NCBI GenBank assembly: GCA_964016885.1
Contig: OZ024743.1
Coordinates: forward strand, 69,874,001 to 69,938,000
Direction: 5' to 3'
Source of the DNA: Eledone cirrhosa
Lineage: Eukaryota
DNA length: 64,000 nt
The first letter of the stretch is position 1. Every line of letters starts with the position of its first letter. The notes beneath the pieces were generated by a model. That model was not told the DNA's origin. It did not search any database and was given only the letters and a program-made list of their open reading frames with translations. Positions 33,875 through 47,046 of this stretch are shown here, in pieces. The position numbers were made by a program, and so were the translations under genes.

Positions 33875-33970
33875 AGCGGCAAATTGGCAAAATCATTAAA
33901 ACGGGTCTCTGAGTTCAAATCCGCCAATATCAACTTTGTATTTTATCTTTCTGAAGTCTATGTAAAATGT
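33875..33970 (+). mobile_element. tRNA-derived SINE fragment
   Basis: TTGGCAAAATC...CTGAGTTCAAATCCGCC...CAACTTTG, similar to the 31685 copy. Confidence 0.5.
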
Positions 33971-33997
33971 AACATTGCCGTCAATTATTTCTTTATA

Positions 33998-34050
<53 letters not shown>

Positions 34051-34227
34051 ACTTACATACATACATGTGCTCTCCTCGTGTTTTCCCCTTTTTCGGTATG
34101 TTCACTGTGATCTTTTTCCTTTATTTCCTTCTTTTCGCCTACTCCCGCCGAGGTTAGCCTTGTTTTCTTCGCTCTCCCTCTCTCACTGTCAACAAAAGCT
34201 TCGGACTTATGTTCAGTAGCTGTTTTG

Positions 34228-34316
<89 letters not shown>

Positions 34317-35199
34317 CTTCTCTCTCACTCTACCCCCTCTCTCTCCTTCACTTGAAGAAATTGGCTGTATTCAGACATGGAGGAGGGATGGGCACCATCA
34401 GTTTTAAATTACACAGGATACACCGTATATCACGCCGGCGCCCGTACGACTCCATCGACAGTTATATGTACATACATATACACATTAATTCATCCTATTA
34501 TAGTCTCTCTTACAAATAACTGTGAAACAAAAAGCTATTTAGATCTTACTGAAAATCTCTTTGAAAAAGATTTCTGTAACATATGTATAGATTCAAATTC
34601 TCAGAAAGATAACACACCGTCTGACTATCTAAATATATATCTAGATTTGAAATCATGATATTATTATCAATCATAAAATCGATAGATCCATTATAGAACA
34701 CGAGTCTCCCTGCAATAATTGCACCGGAAGATGTGATCTTTGTCACCCACAGAAGTATTAAAACCTATTACAGCCTTTCAAAATTTACTATGCTAGGATT
34801 TGCTGGACTATTTCACATACTCGCATCGATATTTACTGAGGAATTTCCAACTAGCATTATGCTAAGATATTTATTTCATATATTATAGATATGGTATTCT
34901 CTGAAAGGCTGTCAGAGAATGAAAAGGAAAGATGTAGTCAAATTATTGATGTGTAATAAAACACCATTAACAATAACAACATTGCTTGATACTACATATT
35001 TTACACATTCGATACTGAATAAAAGAATTACATATCGCATGACTTGCTTATGAAAAAGAAACGAATGAGTCGATTGTTAAATCGGACCAAAGAAAGCATT
35101 TCTATTGGTATTTGTATTGCTGATACTCTCTGCCAACTGTAACTCCTGGCAAAAGGAAAGAGGTTATTAACTCAGAAACACAATTATGTATATATATAT

Positions 35200-35900
35200 T
35201 ATATATATGCTGATTGCTACTGCTTGTCAGAAAGGTGCCATCTCTTCAGTGAACATTACACGACCATGTGCAGGCAGGAGACTTTTCAGATCTGCTTTTG
35301 TTTTATATGCATGTTCAGAGGCACGGCACTTGAACAGCTTGTTTCCTGACAATACCGGCTGGGGTGTATTTTCATGCATTTTACTATGATCAGTCTACCA
35401 GTTGACTTGCAAATTAAGCCACACTCACTGTAATTATAACGTGGAGTGTGTGGCGGTAGAATCATCTCACAGCTGGCTGGTTTTCTCTCTGGCTCGTATG
35501 ATTTCAGATGACTGGCAAATTCAGATCTTGTTAGAAGAAATCGGCCCCATATATTGCACCTCAATTCCTGCTTGATTTTGCAGGAACTGCACTTGAGTCC
35601 CGCTTACGAATTGAAAGCTTCAAATCAGCATGCTTCACTCGCTTTTTCTCAAAGATATCACATCCATATTTGATGATCTTTCTCCATGATCTACGGACTT
35701 CAGTCAGTCTCTCCCTATTCTTCATATCAATCTTCATGTCTTTTGTGACATCCTTAAACCGCTTCTTTGGTTTTTGCTGTGGCCTTTTTCCTCAGGTAAG
35801 CTTCCCATAAAATAAGTGTTTAGGCATTACTACATCCTCCAACAAGACCACATAAACAGCCCAACACATCTGGTTCTTAATAAAACTCTTCTCAATACTG
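35200..35900 (-). mobile_element. Decayed RTE-clade LINE 3' fragment
   Basis: Minus-strand translation gives PKHLFYGKL...KRPQQKPKKRFKD, matching the RTE C-terminal motif at 50455-50750, followed by C2H2-like remnants (CGLICKS). Confidence 0.65.
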
Positions 35901-36130
35901 ATGCAACCCACTTACCCTCTCTCTCTATATATATTGAGTTGGGTATATATGCATATTTATATATATATATATACTCGAGTACAACTGTGGTATAAATATC
36001 TAGTTTGAGCACTCTGTTAATAGGAGGAGATAAGTATAATTACTTACAACAGTGATATATACAGGTAGGTTTCGTTGAGTTGGGGTGAAAAACCTAACGA
36101 AACTTATGATATACATAAATATGTAGTTAG

Positions 36131-36190
<60 letters not shown>

Positions 36191-36776
36191 CTTTCTGTTT
36201 CCTTTTTCTCGACTGTTTTCTTTTTATTGTATCCAAAACGTCATTCCATCTCCTTCTATCTGACTCCTATCAGACGTTCGATAAAGATTTACCGTCCGAA
36301 ATGTTAGGTCTTCTTTCTAATTTTTATAAACATTATACTAATATACCATTATGATCTGGCAATGTTTTTCGAGCGACCGAGAGTTAGATAGATAAATAGA
36401 TATGTGTATGTTTGTGTATGTGTCTGTGCGCGTGTGTTTCAGTGTGTGCGTGTGAATGTCCTTGGGTGTGTTTGTAGAGATGGAGAAAAAAGTGAGGAAG
36501 CACGGGTAGAAACATAAGAGGGAAATGGAGAGACATGTATAAAATATATGAAACTAATGTAAAAAGATAGAAGAGACCAACATAATTATATGTGTTTTGA
36601 GAAACCTTCAACCAACAGGAATGGGATGATGTAAACAATAAAAGAATAGAAATAAATATACATAATGTGTCGTAATTTATAGTTGAATGATTGAGAAAAT
36701 ATTAATTTCAGCGGCTATATATATATGTGTGTATATATGTATATGTATTATATATAATTTGACATAGGCGTCGATG

Positions 36777-37461
36777 GTCAAATTTTCTCGGCTCTTTAAG
36801 TACATATCATCAGATTATACTTGAAAAAATGTGACCACCCCCACCTCGCCCCCACCTCCACCGCCCCCACCACCAACACCACCAACACCACCTCCACCAC
36901 CAACATCACCTCCACCACTTCCACCACCAACACCACCAACACCACTGACATCAATACCATCTCCCCACCACCACTGTCGTCGACAACAATAACAAAAACA
37001 GCAACAGCCATATCAGTAATAGCATTACTACCACAACAATAACTCACCTACAATTCTTTTTCTACTACTACTACTACTACTCCTACTACTACTACTACTA
37101 CTACTACTACCACTACTACTGCTGTTGCTGCTACTACTACTACTAATACTACTACTACTACTACTAATATTACTACTACTACTACTACTAATACTAATAA
37201 TACTACTACTACCACTACTACTACTACTACTACTACTGTTACTACAACTACTACTACTACTACTACTACTACTACTGCTACTACTACTACTACTCCTGCT
37301 GCCGCTGCTGTTGCTACTACTACTACTGCTACTGCTACTACTACTGCTACTGCTACTGCTACTACTACTGCTACTGCTACTACTGCTACTGCTACTACTA
37401 CTACTACTACTACTGCTGATACTACTACTACTACTACGACTACTACTACTACTACTACTAC

Positions 37462-37506
<45 letters not shown>

Positions 37507-37769
37507 TAGTAGTAGTAGTAGAAGAAAAAGAATTGTAGGTGATAGAGTTATTGTTGTGGTAGTAATGTTATTACTGATATGGCTGTTGTTGTTTTTGTTA
37601 TTGTTGTCGACGACAGTGATGGTGGGGAGATGGTATTAATGTCAGTGGTGTTGGTGGTGGAAGTGGTGGAGGTGGTGTTGGTGTTGTTGGTGGTGTTGAT
37701 GGTGGTGGTGGTGACATTTTTTCAAGTATAATCTGATGATATATACTTAAAGAGCCGAAAAAATTTGAC
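36777..37769. repeat. ~1-kb foldback palindrome centred on a (CTA)n-to-(TAG)n switch
   Basis: 36777-37070 is the reverse complement of 37521-37769; centre ACTAGT at 37460-37465; 19-bp direct repeat AATTTGACATAGGCGTCGA at 36756 and 37762. Confidence 0.9.
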
Positions 37770-38147
37770 ATAGGCGTCGAGGGTGGGATTGTGCATGGTT
37801 CAGGAGAAAAACAGTGTGGAGTAGTATGGCATAGAAGGGCGTCTGATGGTTTATAGTGATGTTTATTTCTAGCTGAAATAATAATACTTCTCTAATGCAG
37901 TTTGTTTGGATAATTTCACTTAGTACTTGTATCATTGTCATGGTAACTAGAAGTGCATATTACCGCACCTGGTGGTGGTGGTGGTGGTGATTGTGACCTG
38001 GACGGAGAGGGCGGCGAAGTGGTGTCGATATGGATGTGTTTACTTAAAATCAGATTTCATCTCAGTGGGTGTTAATTTTTAGCTGTATGCTTGCACGGAT
38101 TCACGTATATAAGCATGTATACATACATACATGTAGGTATGTATGTA

Positions 38148-38508
38148 TACAACGGCCATCCGAAAGTGTGTAAATATGTATATACACATGTACCGCACGG
38201 TTAAAACACTGGGAGTGAAGGACCCCTAACCTTTGTCAGGGCATTCTTCCAGGAGAAGGAAACTCAGGAAACTGGGATAACTCTGATATAAAACCTGTGG
38301 CTCAGTAGTTAACGATGATGTTGATATTTTCTTCTTTTCGGGTTATAGCTACTGTCGCTCAGAGAGTGGGATTGGATCTGTGCACAGTCTTTCCTCACTT
38401 TAAAAAATATCTTCACGCACAGTCATTGCACGATAGAATTAATGGATAGTTATTAATAATGGTATATCGTGCAATGGCCATACTTGATAACGACGGGGCA
38501 GCCATCAT
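38148..38508 (+). mobile_element. RTE-related non-autonomous retroelement, family B (5'-truncated)
   Basis: Reverse-complement homolog of 60329-60965; ends GGCAGCCATC followed by an (ATGT)n tail; shares internal motifs with family A. Confidence 0.72.
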
Positions 38509-38559
38509 GTATGTATGTATGTATGTATGTATGTATGTATGTATGTATGTATGTATATA

Positions 38560-39147
38560 TACTGGTAACATGTATCCCAGTACAACCTGTCTCATGGTCG
38601 GGTCGTTGGCGACTGAACTGGCAACCCCACCAAGGTTTCTTGGCGAGGAGGGTGGCTTTGGACATCCTGCAGGACTAAAAACAAAACCAGTCAAAAGGCA
38701 AAGGGTCTCTTAAGAGTCAATGACCATCCAAAATCACCGGGAGAGATGACGCCTTAACCTTTGTCAAGGCAGAATTCTAGGAGAAGGAAAACTCTGATAC
38801 AACACCTGCAACCCTGATGGTATCCAATGATGTTGACTTGTTCTTCTTTTTGGTAAATATCATCTTGGTTAAGAGAGTGGGACTGGCTTTGTGCAGTGCC
38901 TTTGCTCACTATAAAAGCTTCACGGCACAGGCATTGCTTTATATCTGGAGATCTCTGCACTTGTCGTCACATGGTACCATGGGCCCAGCATTATGTGTCA
39001 ATAATTGTCACAAGTGTAGTGTTTGTACCAGAGTTTTCAAGTCGCTGGCTGGACTAAAAAGTCACACTCGTTCAGCGCATCGGTAGGGCTTCTCCTACAT
39101 GCATATAAAGTAGTGGCCGTACTCGAAAACGAGTTGGCAGCCACCAT
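38560..39147 (+). mobile_element. RTE-derived bipartite SINE-like element, family A (~590 bp)
   Basis: Highly similar to 42781-43377, 43476-43927 and 54917-55498. Its last ~190 bp match the 3' end of the RTE fragment at 50039-50225. Confidence 0.88.
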
Positions 39148-39162
39148 ATATATATATATAGT

Positions 39163-39193
<31 letters not shown>

Positions 39194-39392
39194 ATATATA
39201 CATATATATATATAGTTATATATACATCAGTGTCACGTGATTGATTCTTTTGAATTTGCCACTTGACCAAGTTTGCAGTGAATTTTTCAATGTCTTGGAA
39301 TCTAGCCCCGCTCGCTTTTTTCCATCCACTGAATTATTTTTATATAAGTTCCCAGTTTTCCCGCATTGCCTGGAAGCTTAGCTGAGAATAGA

Positions 39393-39471
39393 CACCCTGA
39401 TGACGTAAGGCTTCTCTATAGTTATTACGTAACTATATTTATCCCCTTACAGAAACTAATTAGTTGGAGTG
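39393..39471 (+). ncRNA. Type I hammerhead ribozyme motif, intact core (family H6)
   Basis: CACC-CTGATGA-CGTAAGG...CCTTACA-GAAA-CTAATTAG-TT-GGAGTG. Stem II has 6 bp plus an inner TATAGTTA/TAACTATA hairpin; stem III is palindromic; stem I is weak. Confidence 0.65.
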
Positions 39472-39513
39472 AAATTTTAGTAAGTCAACTTTCATAACTT
39501 TCTTATTTACGTC

Positions 39514-39614
<101 letters not shown>

Positions 39615-39688
39615 TATACAGTATATATATATATATGTATATATATGTGTGTGTGTGTGTATATATATAATACATACATACACACACT

Positions 39689-39731
<43 letters not shown>

Positions 39732-39763
39732 CATAAATATATATACAGTATATATATATATGT

Positions 39764-39836
<73 letters not shown>

Positions 39837-39855
39837 ACATACATACACACACTTA

Positions 39856-39891
<36 letters not shown>

Positions 39892-39973
39892 CATATTATA
39901 TATATATACATATTATATATATATATATACATATATATATACATATATATATTATATATATACATATATATAT

Positions 39974-40040
<67 letters not shown>

Positions 40041-40389
40041 ATATATACATTAAACAGATATAAATATGTATAAGTATGCATGAATTACTGGTGAGTTAAC
40101 AGTGTTTTGTTTCAATGGTAAAGTGTACAACAGAATACAGATTCACTTTATGTCATTCAGTTTATGGAAATGATCTTCGTGTATAGAAAATCCAACGAAC
40201 TGGAAGGTATTTGTGATAAATAAGGCTAACTGTTTCTCTGTTAGGCCTTTATATGACTGAACTTATGTACAGTGTTTACCTTGAGAGATGGAAAATGAAA
40301 AGTCACAGTAGAGATCGCAATACCAGGTTAAGCAAATCTGATCTCTTTTCTTTCTTCTTCTGTCCTTCTCTTCCCCATCCACCTACTCT

Positions 40390-40820
40390 TTCTTCTTCTT
40401 CTTCTTTTTCTTCTTCTTCTTCTTCTTCTTCTTCTTCTTCTTCTTCTTCTTCTTCTTCTTCTTCTTCTTCTTCTTCTTCTTCTTCTTCTTCTTCTTCTTC
40501 TTCTTCTTCTTGAGAGGATCGTGGGGGGCATAGTCTTCAAACAATCCTTCCAACGGGTCCTGTCAAAATTAACCATTTCCAACTGATTCGGCCGGGTCTT
40601 TAAGTGAGACCAGCCAAGCTCATGGATGTTATCCAACTATCTTCGTTTGGGGACTACCTCTGCGTCTGCTGTCCGTTGGTTTTGCTTGTAAAATCTGTCC
40701 AACGATTCTTTCCTGAGACGCTGTAACCACATGTTCATAGTATCGGAGCTGTTATATCTCGATTTGGAGAATGAATGACTCTACCAGGATAGACTCTCTG
40801 ATCTGCGTCCTACGCACTCT
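40390..40820 (-). mobile_element. RTE-like LINE 3' end with (GAA)n tail
   Basis: Minus-strand translation RRGSPKRR*LDNI...DRTRWK resembles the RGRP..RW.D....DR..WR C-terminal motif; it runs directly into (AAG)n at 40390-40511. Confidence 0.55.
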
Positions 40821-41124
40821 TTATCTATTCACAAAAATATTTTATCTAATCAAAAATTGTTTACATCTCATTACACATACGATATTGGCCGAAATCAATG
40901 AATATATTGTGTAATAAAATACTTTTTATATGGGTGGATGAAAGTATGTATATGCACATCTACAGACACGGACATGCATACATACACACTCACACACAGA
41001 TACAATACGTACCCGGACAACTTCATCAGCTTTCACCGAAGACTGGGTCTTTTGATCTGCGTGTTATACAGTTTACCAATGCAAACACAAATATAGATAT
41101 TCTTTATGATTTCTGCTCTTATCA

Positions 41125-41715
41125 ATTATCATCATCATCATCATCATCATCTTCATCATCATCACCAACACCATTAGAAATATAGTCAGTTGTGACGACA
41201 TTATTTTCGACATGGTCACTGTAAAATTCACCCCGACAATTGTCCCCGCATATAAGATCTTAGATTCAAGATCATAAAACGCCATCACCATCATCATCAT
41301 CATCATCATCATCGTTAACGTCATCATCATTATCATCGTCAACGTCATCATCATCCTCATCATCATCGTCATCGTCATCGTCATCATCATCATCACCCTC
41401 ACTATCAACATCATCAACATCAATATCATCATCATCGTCTTCATCATTATCATCATCGTCGTTTTCGTCGTCGTCGCCCTCAGCATAATCTTCACAATTA
41501 TCATAATTACCATAACCATCCATAACCATCCATAACCATCATCAACAGCAATGTCACCAACACCATCAACATCATCCTCATCATCATCGCCACCAACAAC
41601 AACATCATCATTATCACCATCGTCATCATATTAACCATCACAAGCAACCCTATGATAATCTAGATCATCGTCTCATCCTCGTTACCATCATCGCTAGTGT
41701 GATCACCATCATCAC

Positions 41716-41765
<50 letters not shown>

Positions 41766-41770
41766 CCAAC
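41125..41770. repeat. (CAT)n compound tracts
   Basis: catcatcat runs. Confidence 0.85.
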
Positions 41771-42499
41771 AGTAACAGTAGCACCAGCGCCACCACAACG
41801 CCATTGTCATAACGACCATTACTGCGAACGACACAGAAAAGTAAACATATGATACTATGCTCCACCATTTGTACATTATATCTTCGTAATTGACGTGTTA
41901 GTCACGGATGGATCATCCAAGACCTTGTGTCTTCTAGGTCATCGACAACAACAACAACATCAACATCAGCTCTTGTAGTTTCGTTTATTCTATGTATGAT
42001 AGAAATATTTAGTCATAACACATGACTAAGCTTAATATATACGCAAACATACACACACAAATACATGCATATATATATATACATAAATGCATACATACGT
42101 AAACACACACATATAAATACACATAAATACATACATAAACACACACATATACACACACACATACATACATGCATACATACATACGTACATATATACACAC
42201 TCATACGTACATACATATATACCTATCTACAAAAAATACACACATACATACATCCATACATGCATACACACATACACACATTCGTACATAAATATATAGA
42301 TATATATATATACACACAAAAATACACACGTATACATGCATACATACATACCTACATGCATATACAGATGTATAGATACAAAACATATATACGTGTGTAC
42401 ATAGCTCAAAGTTTACAGATCTACACATACAATAACATCCATAAGTACAGAAACACAAACACACTGAGACGCATGCGTGCAGACGTGCATATCTATTTG

Positions 42500-42646
42500 G
42501 TTAGTTGATGATGTCTAAATACCAATGAAGGCCGTGTGTCTATCTTAGAAAGTTGCTCTCTTTCTATTGGGAAACATTGCTAAAATAATTATTTCTACTT
42601 TTGGCACAAGGCCAGAACATTGCTAAACTAATGAAACCAGGAGAAC
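42500..42646 (+). mobile_element. 3' UTR remnant of the R4/Dong-like family
   Basis: TAGTTGATG...CCAATGA...TGTGTCTAT.TTAGAAA...TATTGG...AAACCAG.AGAAC matches 54785-54890 and is followed by (ATAC)n. Confidence 0.7.
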
Positions 42647-42651
42647 ATACA

Positions 42652-42685
<34 letters not shown>

Positions 42686-42780
42686 AATACATAAATACAT
42701 ATATAAATACATACATACATACATAAACAGACACGTACATACATACATACATGCATACATATATACATACATACATACAT

Positions 42781-43377
42781 GGTGGCTGCCAACACGTTTT
42801 CGAGTACGGCCACTACTTTATATCCATGTAGGAGAACTCCTACCGATGCGCTGAACGAGTGTGACTTTTTAGTCCAGACAGCGACTTGAAAGCTCTGGTA
42901 CAAACACTACACTTGTGACAATTATTGACGCACAGTGCTGGGCCCATGATACCATGTGATGACAAGTGCAGAGAGATCTCCAGTTATAAAAAAAATGCCT
43001 GTGCCGTGAAGCTTTTATAGTGAGCAAAGGCACTGCACAAAGCCAGTCCCACTCTCTTAACCAAGATGATATTTACCAAAAAGAAGAACAAGTCAACATC
43101 ATTGGATACCATCAGAGTTGCAGGTGTTATATCAGAGTTTTCCTTCTCCTAGAATTCTGCCTTGACAAAGGCTAAGGGGTCATCCCTCCCGGTGATTTTG
43201 GATGGCCATTGACTCTTAAGAGCTCCTTTGCCCTTTGACAGGTTTTGATTTTAGTCCTGCAGGATGTCCAAAGTCACCCTCCTCACCAAGAAACCTTGGT
43301 GGGGTTGCCAGTTTAGTCGCCAACGACCCGACCATGAGACAGGTTGTACTGGGATACATGTTACCAGTAGCACCAAC
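42781..43377 (-). mobile_element. Family A RTE-derived element, full length
   Basis: Reverse complement of 38560-39147, with (ATGT)n tail at 42647-42780. Confidence 0.88.
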
Positions 43378-43475
43378 ATACATACATACATACATACATA
43401 CATAAATACATACATACATACATACATACATACATACATACATACATACATACATACATACATACACATATACAT

Positions 43476-43927
43476 GGTGGCTGCCAACTCGTTTTCGAGT
43501 ACGGCCACTACTTTATATCCATGTAGGAAAACCCCTACCGATGCGCTGAACGAATGTGACTTTTCAGTCCAGCCAGCGACTTGAAAACTCTGGTACAAAC
43601 ACTACACTTGTGACAATTATTGACACATAATGCTGGGCCCATGGTACCATGTGGCGACAAGTGCAGAGAGATCTCCAGATATAAAGCAATGCCTGTGCCG
43701 TGAAGCTTTTATAGTGAGCAAAGGCACTGCACAAAGCCAGTCCCACTCTCTTAACCAAGATGATATTTACCAAAAAGAAGAACAAGTCAACATCTTTGGA
43801 TACCATCAGGGTTGCAGGTGTTATATCAGAGTTTTCCTTCTCCTAGAATTCTGCCTTGACAAAGGCTAAGGGGTCATCTCTCACGGTGATTTTGGATGGC
43901 CATTGACTCTTAAGAGCTCCTTTGCCC
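43476..43927 (-). mobile_element. Family A RTE-derived element, 5'-truncated
   Basis: Head-to-tail with the preceding copy, separated by (TACA)n. Confidence 0.88.
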
Positions 43928-43938
43928 CACATACATAT

Positions 43939-43969
<31 letters not shown>

Positions 43970-44301
43970 CATACATACATATATAAATACATACATACAT
44001 ACATATATAAATGCATACATACATAGATGCATACATATATATACATACATACATACATACAGATACGTACATGCATACATGCATACATATATACATACAT
44101 ACACACATACATACATACATACATACATACATACATACATACATGCATACATAAACATATACGTACATGCATAAACAAATAAGTACATGCATACATACAT
44201 TTCTATACAAAAAAAGAGAGAAAACATACAGGGCCATACACATTCTACCGAACAATTCACTACAATACTACCACTACTACTACTACTATCACTACTACTA
44301 T

Positions 44302-44381
<80 letters not shown>

Positions 44382-44406
44382 ATACTACCAATACCACTAC
44401 CACCAT

Positions 44407-44444
<38 letters not shown>

Positions 44445-44838
44445 GCACGAACACGACTGGCTCCATTTCCAATGAGAACACAACCAGCCCCAGGACGGAC
44501 AGAAGAAGAAGAAGAAGAAGAAGAAGAACAAGAAGAAGAAGAACAAGAAGAAGAACAAGAAGCAGAAGAAGAGATTTCATTAAGGTACGATCAAAGCATG
44601 TTGCGTCATTCGCCATTTTATTAAAGATGACTATCTATGCTCGGTAACATTTGATCGGTGAATTTTACTTAAGGGACGGTATGCTGAATATGGCTGCATT
44701 CAATTAAAGAGAGTCTTTCATATGTGTGTTGACCCCTACAGATGCTGGCACGGAAGAACCGCATCACAGACTGAATAACAGGAAGGAGGCATCGAGGATA
44801 CATTACATCTGTCAAAATGAGTCAGAGGTAAATGTGTG

Positions 44839-44923
<85 letters not shown>

Positions 44924-44962
44924 ACACAGGCACACACATATGTATGTGTGTATGAGTTCAAG

Positions 44963-45080
<118 letters not shown>

Positions 45081-45266
45081 CATAGAAAAGAGAAAAGGCA
45101 GTGAAAGATATATCTATATGAAGTGTGTATGTGTTTGCGTGTGTACGTGTGTACGTTTGTACGCGTACGTATGTATCAATTCATTCCTCTATCCTATAAT
45201 GAATGCATTTGACATTCTATCTATCAGTTTATTTGCCTTCTTCATCAATTCATTTATACATATATT

Positions 45267-45349
<83 letters not shown>

Positions 45350-45491
45350 GTGTGCGTGTATATATATGTGTGTGTTTGTGTGCATGTGTAAAATTTGATC
45401 GAGGTTGTGTTTATATGGATATAAGTATACACATTGGGTATACTGACTTGTAAACATGGCCAGTTCAGTATTTCCTTGAAGAACACGATGA

Positions 45492-45540
45492 ATATTCCGA
45501 TTAGATTCTCGACCCTAACTTGGGTTTCATCAGAGAATAT
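45492..45540 (-). ncRNA. Decayed type I hammerhead motif (family H7)
   Basis: Minus strand: ATATTCT-CTGATGA-AACCC aagtta GGGTC-GAGA-ATCTAA-TC-GGAATAT. Stem I has 7 bp; A14>G. Confidence 0.5.
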
Positions 45541-45644
45541 ATACGTCAAACAATAATAATGAAATACATAACCACTGGCTCTATATAACCATGTACATCA
45601 AACAGTAAACATGAATCGACGTAATAATTTAGATATTTTAGAGC

Positions 45645-45711
<67 letters not shown>

Positions 45712-45760
45712 TACACATATATATATATACACATATATATATACACATATAAATAAATAA

Positions 45761-45812
<52 letters not shown>

Positions 45813-45817
45813 ATATA

Positions 45818-45863
<46 letters not shown>

Positions 45864-45879
45864 TATATATATATATCAT

Positions 45880-46621
45880 ACATTGAGTTAGAAACTCAAA
45901 ATAGTCTTTTACAATTAAATAGCTCAAAGATGGGAGTCTTTCTGAGCCGTGGAATATAATTGAATATATGAGAGAGATGAACACAGATATAACCATACAT
46001 GTGTTCCAATTGCAAAGGACCAAGTTAGCTAGGTTGAAAAAAATACTAACTTAATACAATATGGTTTGCCTGACTCGATTTAAAGTAATAAATCAATAAA
46101 AATAACAAACCTATATCGGGCAACAGCCTTTGAAATGCTGATATAAAAGCACATGTTGCAACGCCTAGAGCATCTCATATTCATGTCGCTAAAAATAGCG
46201 GAACAGATTTAGGTCTGTCTTGGTATCAAATAGCGAAACAGACTGGGTATCAAAGTCTGTTGCCCGATATAGGTTTGTTATTTTTATTGATTTATTACTT
46301 TAAATCGAGTCAGGCAAACCATATTGTTTTAAGTTAGTATTTTTTTCAACCTAGCTAACTTGGTCCTTTGCAATTGGAACACATGTATACTTATATCTGT
46401 GTTCATCTCTCTCATATATACAATTATATTCCACGGCTCGTAAAGACTCCCCTCTTTGAGCTATTTAATTGTAAAAGAGTATTTTGAGTTTCTAACCCAA
46501 TGTGTTATATTCTCGGCTCCTTACGTAGAGCTAACTTAAGACTCATAAACCCAGCTGCTACTTTTAGCGGCATGAGAATGAGACGCACTAGGTGCTGCAA
46601 CATGTGCTTTTAAATCAGCAT
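45880..46621. repeat. Permuted inverted duplication (A-B-y-A'-x-B')
   Basis: A (45880-46133) is inverted at 46250-46503; B (46135-46200) is inverted at 46557-46621. Confidence 0.88.
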
Positions 46622-46964
46622 ATCGTTCAGTCGACTTAGATCCTTTGAAGTGAAAGGTACTAATTTCTGGATACCTACTGAAGAGCACAGGAATGGTGGC
46701 TTTCACTTAATAATTCACTTAATAATTCACTTAATAATTCTTGTGTGCGTGTGTGTGTGCGTGTGTGAGAGCGTGTGTGTTAGTTAAGTGTATAACAGAT
46801 ATCGATCAGCTCAGATTACAATCAAAGTCACGGGCCCCGACTCTTTTTCGACATCGCATCAGATATGCGAGCTTATATGTGCAAAGTCACATCTATATTG
46901 TAATATGCAAATAAAGTTGTGTACATATGCTGCATCCCTGTCTTTGAATCTTTTAAATCTATAA

Positions 46965-46995
<31 letters not shown>

Positions 46996-47013
46996 CGAGT
47001 GGGTGTGTGTGTG

Positions 47014-47046
<33 letters not shown>

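Noticed and set aside
37725-37775. CTGATGA...GAAA inside the palindrome arm
   Set aside because: No stem II, stem III or stem I pairing.
38560-38630. HDV-like ribozyme at the family A 5' end (CCAGT/ACTGG, GGGTCG..CGAC-TRAA)
   Set aside because: P2/P4-like pairings exist, but I could not build P1 and P3 in the required order.
46648-46705. GAAA-GGTA..TACC-TA-CTGAAGA permuted hammerhead
   Set aside because: No room for stem I and poor stem II; better explained as a plain hairpin.
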